Origin: a virus
Lineage: Duplodnaviria > Caudoviricetes
IMG/VR virus record: IMGVR_UViG_3300031857_000194
Coordinates: 1 to 59,478 of that record
Length of the DNA stretch: 59,478 bases
Reading direction: 5' to 3' (one strand)
In this document: positions 49,249 to 57,661 of the stretch, piece by piece
Layout: every line of letters starts with the position of its first letter
How positions within the stretch are numbered: position 1 is the first letter of the stretch
Notes under the pieces: model-generated
Database searches by the model: none
What the model was told of the DNA's origin: nothing
The model's input: the letters and a program-made list of their open reading frames with translations, nothing else
Program-made: the position numbers and the translations under genes

Positions 49249-49409
49249 TTGTTTTTCTTTCCACCAGTGCCCCAGTTGGCAGCACCTTTTTTGCGACACT
49301 GTACCAAGGCACCTGATGCATAGGCCGAAGGCCATACCTTGTAACGGCTGCGCACTTTATTGTAGCAGGCGTCTTTTTTGGCTTCCGATACAAATTCATG
49401 AGCACGCAT
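49245..49409 (-). CDS. Small basic putative internal head protein (54 aa, not in ORF track)
   Basis: MRAHEFVSEAKKDACYNKVRSRYKVWPSAYASGALVQCRKKGAANWGTGGKKNK*; overlaps both neighbours. Confidence 0.8.
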   Translation of the reverse strand: MRAHEFVSEAKKDACYNKVRSRYKVWPSAYASGALVQCRKKGAANWGTGGKKNK

Positions 49410-49612
49410 TATTCTTTGCTCCTGGCAACAAAGTATCCAGTGATTATGCCCACTATGCCTACCAAAGACTTTTCCAGCAGTTGTATCACTGCGGCGTCGG
49501 GTATTTTTCTGCTGATGGAAGCAAGATAAAAATCATACACCACAGACCCGCCCAGGATCAGTAAAAATCCCACGACCAGGATCAGCAGTATGATATCTTT
49601 GGGTGTCCACAT
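49409..49612 (-). CDS. Small two-TM membrane protein
   Basis: 67 aa; two hydrophobic helices. Confidence 0.7.
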   Translation of the reverse strand: MWTPKDIILLILVVGFLLILGGSVVYDFYLASISRKIPDAAVIQLLEKSLVGIVGIITGYFVARSKE

Positions 49613-49643
49613 ATGGCAAATCTCTTTGCCATATTTATGGATT

Positions 49644-49940
49644 TTATTCTACTGCTAGATTCACAGCAGCAGTGGGTTTCGCAATTTCAGGACCGTGATT
49701 ATAATCCAGCATCATATCAAATTGCTGCCTATAATGCTGTACATAAGTTTGGAAAAGTTTTTCCCAGTCACGTCCGGCTACTACTCCATTGACGTGGGCC
49801 TGCAGGACCTGTAATTTTTTGAAATCTAATATTACAGAAAAATTCCTATAGTGCTGCGGCCGCAGATTTTTTCGTATTTCGCTGACTTCGTCATACTGCC
49901 CATTGGGACGTTGGATATATTTGATCAGGAAGTATCTCAT
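49644..49940 (-). CDS. Hypothetical protein
   Basis: 98 aa; coupled to the clamp loader gene. Confidence 0.75.
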   Translation of the reverse strand: MRYFLIKYIQRPNGQYDEVSEIRKNLRPQHYRNFSVILDFKKLQVLQAHVNGVVAGRDWEKLFQTYVQHYRQQFDMMLDYNHGPEIAKPTAAVNLAVE

Positions 49941-50854
49941 TTTTCTGTCAATGTTATAAGTGTGGCTGCCAGGTTGATTTCGGGGTCAGCTATGAATGCA
50001 TGGTTGACCAGGCCATCGCGTATGGTCAAAACCGAATGATTGAATGCTTCATCGTCTTCGCCAAACAGTTCTATGTTGTCATACATCCAGGTATAGATGC
50101 TTTCATACTCACCAGCAGTGACATTGTTTAATATAAGTTCTCTGGCCTGTTTATATTGCTGGCGTTTGAACAGATCAACTGCCTGTGCCATGTAGTCGCC
50201 GGTGGCTGTGTTGTTTGCGGGATTTTGTAGCACACCTCCAACTGAGCCCAACTGCACAGCATTGATAGATTTGCGCAGGTCGGGATAGTGTGCTGTGACA
50301 TAACTGTCCAAGGTATCCAGTTCAAATTTCACGCTTTCCGAGAGCAAGATGGTGGCGATCCTGGCCGTGAGTTCAGTTTTGTCTAGATCACGGATATGGA
50401 ATCCTTGGCAACGACTGTGCAGTGCAGGTATCACTTTGTTGGGATAGTTACAGGTCAAGATAAAACGTGCGGTGCTGGCATACTCTTCCAACAAGCCACG
50501 CAACATGGCCTGGCTGGCCTGGCTGAGATAATCTGCTTCATCCAACAGCACAACTTTGAACGCACCAAAAGGCATGGTGCTCACAAAGTTCACTACCTTG
50601 TCACGCATGACTTCAATCTTGGTTTCGTTTGAAGCATTGATCTGCATGACGTCATATTCGTTCACATCCAACTGATTGATCAAGATTTTGGCCAGTGTGG
50701 TTTTGCCTGTTCCCGGTGATCCCGAAAACAGCAGGTGTGGTATGGCTCCATCTCGGATCCAGCCTTCCACCTGTGATTTTTGTGCAGCATCCATGAACAC
50801 ATAGTCGGCGGCTGTTGCGGGGCGATATTTTTCTACCCAGAGTCGATCAATCAT
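49937..50854 (-). CDS. Clamp loader subunit (RFC small / T4 gp44-like)
   Basis: LWVEKYRP, GSPGTGKT, LDEAD, ALHSRC. Confidence 0.95.
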   Translation of the reverse strand: MIDRLWVEKYRPATAADYVFMDAAQKSQVEGWIRDGAIPHLLFSGSPGTGKTTLAKILINQLDVNEYDVMQINASNETKIEVMRDKVVNFVSTMPFGAFKVVLLDEADYLSQASQAMLRGLLEEYASTARFILTCNYPNKVIPALHSRCQGFHIRDLDKTELTARIATILLSESVKFELDTLDSYVTAHYPDLRKSINAVQLGSVGGVLQNPANNTATGDYMAQAVDLFKRQQYKQARELILNNVTAGEYESIYTWMYDNIELFGEDDEAFNHSVLTIRDGLVNHAFIADPEINLAATLITLTEK

Positions 50855-50878
50855 AAGTTTCCTTTGGCAATATCTAGT

Positions 50879-50907
50879 ACTTTAGCACTCAGTTGGGTCA
50901 GTGTCAA
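50879..50907 (-). promoter_or_regulatory. Sigma70-type promoter for clamp loader
   Basis: TTGACA-17 nt-TAAAGT with extended TGn. Confidence 0.7.
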
Positions 50908-50917
50908 TGACAATTGG

Positions 50918-51388
50918 TTATTGTTTGATGGTATTTTGTTGTGCTTCGGCCACACGTTTGCGCAGGCTGGAACTGCTAAATGAATGGTCTCGTTTGTTGA
51001 ACACCAATTCGATGCCACGCTCGATGCAGATCTTGCGACCAGTAAAGTCTTTGTCTTCGTACTCCACACCCAAGATCCTGACATCTATGGGCAGGGTCAG
51101 CAATATATCTTCCAGATCTTTTTCTGTTTGATACACCACTATTTCATCCACGAACCTAGTGGCAGATAGTTGTATCTGTCGTTCTACTATGCTTTGCACT
51201 GGTGGATTCTTGCTGTCGGGTCTATCGATGGTGGGATCGGTTTGCAGTCCTGCTATGAGATAGTCGCAGTGATTTTTGGCTTCGGCCAGCATGGCTATGT
51301 GTCCAGCGTGCAAGAGATCAAAGGTACTGAATGTTATACCTATCTTCATGCCAGCGTCTTTTAATTCTCTTACTCGGTTGAATATCAT
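50918..51388 (-). CDS. Cytidylyltransferase (TagD-like)
   Basis: STFDLLHAGH, RDHSFSSSSLR. Confidence 0.9.
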   Translation of the reverse strand: MIFNRVRELKDAGMKIGITFSTFDLLHAGHIAMLAEAKNHCDYLIAGLQTDPTIDRPDSKNPPVQSIVERQIQLSATRFVDEIVVYQTEKDLEDILLTLPIDVRILGVEYEDKDFTGRKICIERGIELVFNKRDHSFSSSSLRKRVAEAQQNTIKQ

Positions 51389-51630
51389 TTGTTGTGTTGT
51401 TTTTTTAAAATTTGCAACATCCGTTGCTTGTCCCAGTCTTCTTCGCCGGTGAATTTTGGTAAATTTTCATAGCGTTCATCTATAAAACACTTGATGTCAT
51501 ACAGGTCTTTTTTGATATGGCTGGCAGTGAATCCGTCATTGTAAGGACTGGACACTTCAGCCATCATGCGACTGAGATCCAGCCAGATGCGATTCTTATC
51601 CCAGTCTATCTTATAGCCCATCTTTGGCAA
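51385..51630 (-). CDS. Hypothetical protein
   Basis: SPYNDGF...KKDLY motif; true start may be MGYK at 51621. Confidence 0.7.
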   Translation of the reverse strand: MPKMGYKIDWDKNRIWLDLSRMMAEVSSPYNDGFTASHIKKDLYDIKCFIDERYENLPKFTGEEDWDKQRMLQILKKQHNK

Positions 51631-52018
51631 AGTCGTTCACTGTGGTCTTCATGTAGCGTCCATCTACAGCATCGCCCATGGTATCGTCCTGTGGCAGTTC
51701 ATCAGACACCAACAAGATATCATTGGGATCAATGCGACGTATGGTCCTAGTGCCTTGCTGATCTTCGATCTCAAGACCTCTGGTCCAACGACCGTGTGCT
51801 ATACACACATATTCGCCTACACGCACACTGGTCTGTTCAGGACCCACAGCATAAACTCGGCCCCAGCGAGGACGTATGCCAGTGGCCTGACCGTTGTCAT
51901 TGGGCAGTATCAATCCCCCAGTGGTAATGCGCTCACGGAATTCCATGTCAGTGATTATGACATGATCTCTCAAGGCGCGAAGACTGGAAATTTTTATGGG
52001 TGCAAATGCGGGAGTCAT
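51611..52018 (-). CDS. groES: GroES-like co-chaperonin
   Basis: ALRDHVI...TTGGLILP...GRVYAVGP...VRVGE...DILLV. Confidence 0.85.
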   Translation of the reverse strand: MTPAFAPIKISSLRALRDHVIITDMEFRERITTGGLILPNDNGQATGIRPRWGRVYAVGPEQTSVRVGEYVCIAHGRWTRGLEIEDQQGTRTIRRIDPNDILLVSDELPQDDTMGDAVDGRYMKTTVNDFAKDGL

Positions 52019-52461
52019 TGTTTTTTATTATCCTTGGTTTTGGCTATGGCTGCTGCTAGACCTGTGGCAGGTTTTACAGGTAGTGATTCTTCCTTGACGA
52101 TTTCCACATCATCCTGGGCAACATCTTCGGGAAAGTCAACTGGTTCTTCTACCATGGGTTCAGGTTGGGATTCTTTTACTCTGATATCAGCCTGAGGTTT
52201 TTCTGCTTGGGGTTTTTCTGTCTGGGTTTGATCTGCCTGTGGTTTTTGTGCTGCGCCAGGCCGATTTTGTTTTTTGGTTTGTGTGTTGTACTGTTCAGCC
52301 AACTGTTGCTGCCTGGTTTTAACTATATTGTTGTTGCTGTCAATAAGATCGCCGCGAGCATTTACATTCATATTGCCCACTGCGCGGATCTTTTCATTGG
52401 CCATTGACATAGATCTCATGTCTATGGTCTTGCCCATGGCTGTTTTATAACTCTTACTCAT
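52015..52461 (-). CDS. Hypothetical protein
   Basis: KTAMGKTIDM...AVGNMNVNARGD; low-complexity tail. Confidence 0.75.
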   Translation of the reverse strand: MSKSYKTAMGKTIDMRSMSMANEKIRAVGNMNVNARGDLIDSNNNIVKTRQQQLAEQYNTQTKKQNRPGAAQKPQADQTQTEKPQAEKPQADIRVKESQPEPMVEEPVDFPEDVAQDDVEIVKEESLPVKPATGLAAAIAKTKDNKKQ

Positions 52462-52472
52462 TGTGTTCTCCT

Positions 52473-52967
52473 TTATCGCAAGAATTCTGCTATGTCTAAA
52501 TCATACTCAAGACTATTTACACGATGCACGCCCATGAGATAAAGAACAAAGCTGGCAACTGATGATCCTCGACCAACACCGTATATGATTTTATTGGCAC
52601 GCATGACATCTACCAAGTATTTCAAGTAGCACAGCAAGGGAAAAAGATCTCGATCAAAATACATCAATAGTTCTTGTCCCACACGCTGTCGTTCGGCATC
52701 GCAGGTGCAGAGATCCAAGATATACTGTGCGATATCCAATGTACCATATTCTTCGGGCATGAGCCAATGCTGTTGTGCCTCCTGATCCCAGGCTTCTACT
52801 GGCAATGTTATGTCTTTGGCGGTGTCAAATGTCAAGCCTAGATCCAATGTGTCCTGGTAGGCAAAATCTACCAAGACTTGGCCTAGATCAAGATCGGGAT
52901 TTGATTTTAGTGCCTGGATCAGATCTGATTCACTGTATACGAATCTGCCTACTGCATCAACTTTCAT
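52473..52967 (-). CDS. DNA polymerase III alpha (DnaE) fragment
   Basis: GVGRGSSVASFVLYLMGVHRVN...EFLR; stops before the catalytic PDxD motif. Confidence 0.8.
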   Translation of the reverse strand: MKVDAVGRFVYSESDLIQALKSNPDLDLGQVLVDFAYQDTLDLGLTFDTAKDITLPVEAWDQEAQQHWLMPEEYGTLDIAQYILDLCTCDAERQRVGQELLMYFDRDLFPLLCYLKYLVDVMRANKIIYGVGRGSSVASFVLYLMGVHRVNSLEYDLDIAEFLR

Positions 52968-53553
52968 TTTTGGTGAATTGTAGTATTTTGCTCACAGTTT
53001 CAGATTTGCCTTCGTTGTCGTCAAAGTGTAGATCTAGATCTCGCCATGATTCCATGGGTTTGAGTTTTACTATTTTACCACCAACGTCTGTGAAGTTACA
53101 GCAGTTAGGCGAATTTTCCACCCACCAGCCAGTGTCGTGATCCAAAGATCCCGTGTTTTCATTTTCGTTGTGTAGATATTGTACCCACTGTCCTTGATTG
53201 CTAGCGATGCTGACATCTGTGACGATCAATGCTGTTTCTGCTATGGTGTTGAGTTTGAGGTATATGGCAATGCCCACTATCTGATCATAGCACTCATCTG
53301 GCAAGTCGATCACTCGGATGCCTTGGCTCTGCAGTGCTGATATGCGATCCTTTTTTGAGGAATCTACCAACACAGCACCATCTATTAAGTGATCAAAAAA
53401 ATGTCTCCAACGATCTATAGCAATGTTTTGTGCTACGGAATCTAGTGTGTTGGTGTAAAACTCCAGACCACAGGTCATTTCCTGTATGCAAAACTGGTCG
53501 TTGAGGAAAATTCCTACATTGAAAGCATAACTCTTTTTCAGTCTTACATTCAT
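52957..53553 (-). CDS. Hypothetical protein
   Basis: 198-aa ORF overlapping both neighbours. Confidence 0.7.
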   Translation of the reverse strand: MNVRLKKSYAFNVGIFLNDQFCIQEMTCGLEFYTNTLDSVAQNIAIDRWRHFFDHLIDGAVLVDSSKKDRISALQSQGIRVIDLPDECYDQIVGIAIYLKLNTIAETALIVTDVSIASNQGQWVQYLHNENENTGSLDHDTGWWVENSPNCCNFTDVGGKIVKLKPMESWRDLDLHFDDNEGKSETVSKILQFTKNES

Positions 53554-53801
53554 GAAATATCGATCACGGTGTTGTAGTTGGCTGCGTTGTTGCCCGAATT
53601 ATTACCGTACTTGGCATCTAGTTTGGTCTGTAGAATTTGTTTGTGGCTTTCAATGGCCATGAATATCTGATTGGCCATGTGATTGTTGCGAGCAGTTTGA
53701 GCGTACTTGACTTTTTGATAGAGCCCCGAAATAATTTTTTCCATGTCCTCTATGCTTTTATCAGCATAGTTGGCCGGATCAATAAACGGGTGCTCCATCA
53801 T
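53550..53801 (-). CDS. Hypothetical protein
   Basis: 83-aa helical ORF. Confidence 0.7.
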   Translation of the reverse strand: MMEHPFIDPANYADKSIEDMEKIISGLYQKVKYAQTARNNHMANQIFMAIESHKQILQTKLDAKYGNNSGNNAANYNTVIDIS

Positions 53802-53812
53802 GGTCAGTGGCT

Positions 53813-54004
53813 TTACTTGGCCTTGGCTTCTTTACGTGCGTTCTTTTCTGCTGTGATTTCATTGCGACGCAGTTTTATGGCTTTGGCTGCTTCGGCCAAG
53901 GCCTTACGAGCGCGGGTACCTGCAGCCGAGTTACCGGATTCAAATTTGGCATCTTCTGCTTCCCAGGCTTTGACAGCGTCAAGAATGGCTTGTTTGGTTG
54001 ACAT
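53813..54004 (-). CDS. Histone H1-like Hc1 family protein
   Basis: KFESGNSAAGTRARKAL; basic; GGAG SD. Confidence 0.8.
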   Translation of the reverse strand: MSTKQAILDAVKAWEAEDAKFESGNSAAGTRARKALAEAAKAIKLRRNEITAEKNARKEAKAK

Positions 54005-54035
54005 ATGTAATTCTCCTTTACAGTATTAGTTAGCA

Positions 54036-54479
54036 TTATAAATCACCTGGCTGACGATTTTCTGAGTACCACGCTTGGAATTCGCCACCGGGATAACGGT
54101 TCTTGAGTTTTTCGATATTTTCTGCGATCACATCGTTAGGGTTGAGGTTCAGTGCTCTGCAAGCATTGACCCAGTACCACATGATGTCGCCTAATTCACG
54201 TTTCATATGATAAAGATTCACTTCATCCAAGTTCTTGCCTTGGAAAAAGATCTTCTTGGGGATTTCACAGAATTCACCTGATTCTGCTGCCAGTCCCAAA
54301 CAGGCTGTGAGCAATAATGGTACATTCACATCTGGTCCGTGTCTGGGACCTGCTTCATCAAATGTTTCATAGTTACCATCCACACGATCCAGTCGGTTCA
54401 TGAAAGTGGTCAAATCATTGGATTCGGCGCTGGTTACTTGCCGTACAAATTCTGAATACTTGTCAAGATCTATCTGCAT
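54036..54479 (-). CDS. MazG-like nucleotide pyrophosphohydrolase
   Basis: GLAAESGEFCE...ELGDIMWY...NIEKLKNRYP; start re-called at 54479. Confidence 0.9.
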   Translation of the reverse strand: MQIDLDKYSEFVRQVTSAESNDLTTFMNRLDRVDGNYETFDEAGPRHGPDVNVPLLLTACLGLAAESGEFCEIPKKIFFQGKNLDEVNLYHMKRELGDIMWYWVNACRALNLNPNDVIAENIEKLKNRYPGGEFQAWYSENRQPGDL

Positions 54480-54498
54480 ACAAAGACTCCTTTGAGTA

Positions 54499-54526
54499 AT
54501 TGTAGCATATCTGTAGATCAAGTCAA
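54499..54526 (-). promoter_or_regulatory. Sigma70-type promoter for mazG-like gene
   Basis: TTGACT-16 nt-TACAAT with extended TGn. Confidence 0.65.
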
Positions 54527-54541
54527 GTCAGTTTGGAAAAA

Positions 54542-55645
54542 TCAGGGATAACTTAAAAATATAGCGCCCACATTGCCGGAATTGGATCCGTTGCCTGCAC
54601 CACCAAATCCTGCACCCAGACACTGGGGATCTGCGCTGTTGGCCGAATCTCTACGTGCCGCTGCAGGCAACGGCGAAGTATAAGGACCGCCTAATCCTGT
54701 GCTGGTTGATCCGCTGGCAATGTTTGCGATATTGAAGTAACCTGCTCCGCCACCGCCACCGGCTCCGCCAGTGTATCCAGTGGGCAGTGTCGGTGGACTT
54801 GCTGCGGCTGTTCCACCAAAGTAACCGCCACCTCCTCCGCCCATGCCATAGAAATTAGGTGGAGCAGCACTGGGTCCAGTGATACCTTTGCCGCCTGCAC
54901 TCCAACCTGTACCACCAGGTGCATTACTAATACTGGGCGTTGACGCTGGAGCAGGTATTCTAGCATCACCTCCGTGCGCTGGTGGGCCATTGGGTACATA
55001 ATTACCGGGACCTACTGCACCGGTTGTGGTTCCTGGACCATTCCATGTTGCTCCACCGCCTCCATTGGCAGATCTGACACCACCAACTGATCCAGCACCT
55101 CCGGCAGTGCCACCGCCACCGCCACCTACTGCACCGCCTGACGTTACGGGAGCTACTGATACTACCGCGCCACCGCCACCTCCAGCGGCAACTGCTATGG
55201 TTACGGGACTGGGTGATACAGTTTCAATGCCAGTGGATCCGCCGCCCCCGCCGCAGCCTCGACGAACACCACCGGCCATGGCTGCGCCACCGCCAGAAGC
55301 CACACATAACTTATAGGATTCACCATTGACCAATGTCCACGTGCCACCAGTATAACCTGCTCCGCCTCCAGGAGATCCGCCTGTTACAGGAGATGTGGCA
55401 TAGCCGGATCCGCCGCCGCCTCCCCACATCTTAAGAGTCACACTGTAGTTACCTAAAGATGTTACTGTGTAATTGCCTGCCGAACTTAATCGCAATGATC
55501 CATCCACAGCAAAGTTCCAAAATGTATTGGCACCCTTGGGACTGGGACTAATGGTCAATTCGCCCAAGCCTGCAGGTGGCGCTGGAGCAGGCGATTCAGA
55601 TACAGTTATGATACTAGCGGCTGCTGCTTGTTGTATGCCTGACAT
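54542..55645 (-). CDS. Glycine-rich virion protein
   Basis: KMWGGGGGSG...GGGAGY glycine-rich domain. Confidence 0.8.
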   Translation of the reverse strand: MSGIQQAAAASIITVSESPAPAPPAGLGELTISPSPKGANTFWNFAVDGSLRLSSAGNYTVTSLGNYSVTLKMWGGGGGSGYATSPVTGGSPGGGAGYTGGTWTLVNGESYKLCVASGGGAAMAGGVRRGCGGGGGSTGIETVSPSPVTIAVAAGGGGGAVVSVAPVTSGGAVGGGGGGTAGGAGSVGGVRSANGGGGATWNGPGTTTGAVGPGNYVPNGPPAHGGDARIPAPASTPSISNAPGGTGWSAGGKGITGPSAAPPNFYGMGGGGGGYFGGTAAASPPTLPTGYTGGAGGGGGAGYFNIANIASGSTSTGLGGPYTSPLPAAARRDSANSADPQCLGAGFGGAGNGSNSGNVGAIFLSYP

Positions 55646-55651
55646 GGGATA

Positions 55652-57637
55652 TCAAGTGATGTTGGCACCGGAAAGGAACCAAGTGTTGGCTGAAACTTTT
55701 ACTATGGTTCCAAAGGCATTGCTGGTCATGGTCCTGTTGGCTGTGACTGTGATGGTACTGTTACCTGCTAGATAAATGCTAACACCACTGCCAGGAACGA
55801 TGGTGGAATTGCTGCTGCTTTGATTGATCAGTGTGACAGCAGCGCCCAAGGGAAAATTCACGCTGGAATCATCGGGCACAGTCAAAGTCACACCGCCAGC
55901 GCTGTTGTAATAGTGTTTGCCTGCATCAGACAAGCCCAACGTAGGAGTGCCAGTCCACGATACCTGTGGAATATCTCTATAGCCTATGCTGAAACCTCTG
56001 ATGTTACCTTCGTTAATGCTGGCAAAATTACTGAGCACTATGTTGCCACCTGATATGTTTGCGTTGGCAATAATAGTGCCGTTGGCTGTGATATTGCCTG
56101 CTTTCAGTGGTGCAAACACTGCCTGTGACCAAGCTATGACTGTATTGGGTTCTGACGACACACCTTCAAATACTTTCCAAGTTTTGTCGGTGTAATCTCT
56201 GGCAAAACCAGTATGTAGATTTGATCCGTTGAAATAACCTGCTACGATACCAAGATCTTCTGTGTCCCCGGGGTTGTTGGCAGCCAACAGAATCAAAGGA
56301 TCGTCTATGACCAAATCCTGTACATTGATATAAGTGAGATTGCCCGTGGCCGAGATGTTGCCGGCTACGATCAAATTGCCATTGACTGTGGTATTGCCTG
56401 CTGATATATTGCCTGCTGACAAATTGCCTGTGTATGTGGTTAGAAATACTGCTACATTGGCGTTGCCATAAGCGCTGCCGCCACCCACGCTGGATAAAAA
56501 GTATCCGTTGCCCAAGATGTATGCACCCTGCACATTGGCAGTGGTGGTGACGTTGCCAGTTAAACTGTTGATAGCGCCAGTGTATGTGGGCAAATAATCG
56601 GCTACATTGGCATTGCTGTAGTTTGTGCTGATGCCCGACAACAGCGCACCATTGCCCAAGAAATACCCAGCGGTGACATTGCCAGCAGTGGTTATACCAG
56701 TTGCAGCATTCACATTGCCAACAAATAGATTGCTCCACTGTGCTGTGGCAAAGTTCTGTAGTTTTACACCATTGACATTATCATAGCCCGAGGCTATGGT
56801 TACAGCAAAATTGCCGGTGCCATTATTGACATAAAAGCCATCATTGGTATAGATTCTTGCAAATGGATTAGTGGTTGTACCTATATCAACTGTAGTAAGT
56901 CCCCCCAAGGGAAAAATGTCTTCTGCGTACACTACGCCATTGAAGATTGGAGTGTTGTCCTGCGTGTTGCCATTGCCTATGTTACCGGTGAAACCATTGC
57001 CGAGATAATCTGCGACATTGGCATTGCCGTAAGAACTGCTGCCGCTGATGCCGGTCAAGAAAGCACCGTTGCCTAAAAAATAACTAGCTGTAACGTTGGC
57101 CGAGAAATTGCCGCCTGTGCCTGATACATTTGACAGTGCTATGATTTCGTTGGCTTCTACAAATGTATCAACTATGATATTGCCTGTGGCATCGATGGAT
57201 TCTACATAAAGTGTGCCGGCTGACACGTCTGAGGCTGAGCCAGTGATGGCATCAACAAAGGCCACACCACTTTGCCCTGCACCTGAAGCAGGCTGTATCT
57301 GTGTAGCGTTGCCTTGATCACCTGCAGGAGTTATCACATTGCCAACGTAGATGTCTCTAAAGAACAGTGTGCTATTGCCTATGTCAACTGCGTCATCGAT
57401 CAGTCCGAGACTGGCGCTCCATGGTAGTATGCTGTTGGCATACACATTGCCTGAAAACACTGTGGCGCCTACTGTGGTAAAGTTACCGGCAGCTGCGCTG
57501 GTATTGCCAATAACTATGCCGTTTATACTGCCCTGTGTGGTCAGTTCCCAGGCTTGACCGTTCCATATCCAGGTTTTACCGGCAAATGTATATAGATCGT
57601 TTAAACTAGGGCTAGTTGGAAAGGTCAGATTAGGCAC
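55652..57637 (-). CDS. Tail fibre-like protein
   Basis: FPTSPSLNDLYTFAGKTWIWNGQAW N-terminus; GNVTAxYFLGNG / YGNANVA repeats; GTG start; TAAATA at 57656-57661. Confidence 0.8.
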   Translation of the reverse strand: MPNLTFPTSPSLNDLYTFAGKTWIWNGQAWELTTQGSINGIVIGNTSAAAGNFTTVGATVFSGNVYANSILPWSASLGLIDDAVDIGNSTLFFRDIYVGNVITPAGDQGNATQIQPASGAGQSGVAFVDAITGSASDVSAGTLYVESIDATGNIIVDTFVEANEIIALSNVSGTGGNFSANVTASYFLGNGAFLTGISGSSSYGNANVADYLGNGFTGNIGNGNTQDNTPIFNGVVYAEDIFPLGGLTTVDIGTTTNPFARIYTNDGFYVNNGTGNFAVTIASGYDNVNGVKLQNFATAQWSNLFVGNVNAATGITTAGNVTAGYFLGNGALLSGISTNYSNANVADYLPTYTGAINSLTGNVTTTANVQGAYILGNGYFLSSVGGGSAYGNANVAVFLTTYTGNLSAGNISAGNTTVNGNLIVAGNISATGNLTYINVQDLVIDDPLILLAANNPGDTEDLGIVAGYFNGSNLHTGFARDYTDKTWKVFEGVSSEPNTVIAWSQAVFAPLKAGNITANGTIIANANISGGNIVLSNFASINEGNIRGFSIGYRDIPQVSWTGTPTLGLSDAGKHYYNSAGGVTLTVPDDSSVNFPLGAAVTLINQSSSNSTIVPGSGVSIYLAGNSTITVTANRTMTSNAFGTIVKVSANTWFLSGANIT

Positions 57638-57661
57638 AGGTATTCTCCGCTTGAGTATTTA

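Noticed and set aside
49249-49335. N-terminal extensions given by the ORF track (also at 5291, 18528, 26205, 34503, 36500, 43799, 44473, 54521)
   Set aside because: They overlap upstream genes or promoters. Downstream starts have better SD, coupling or leader motifs.
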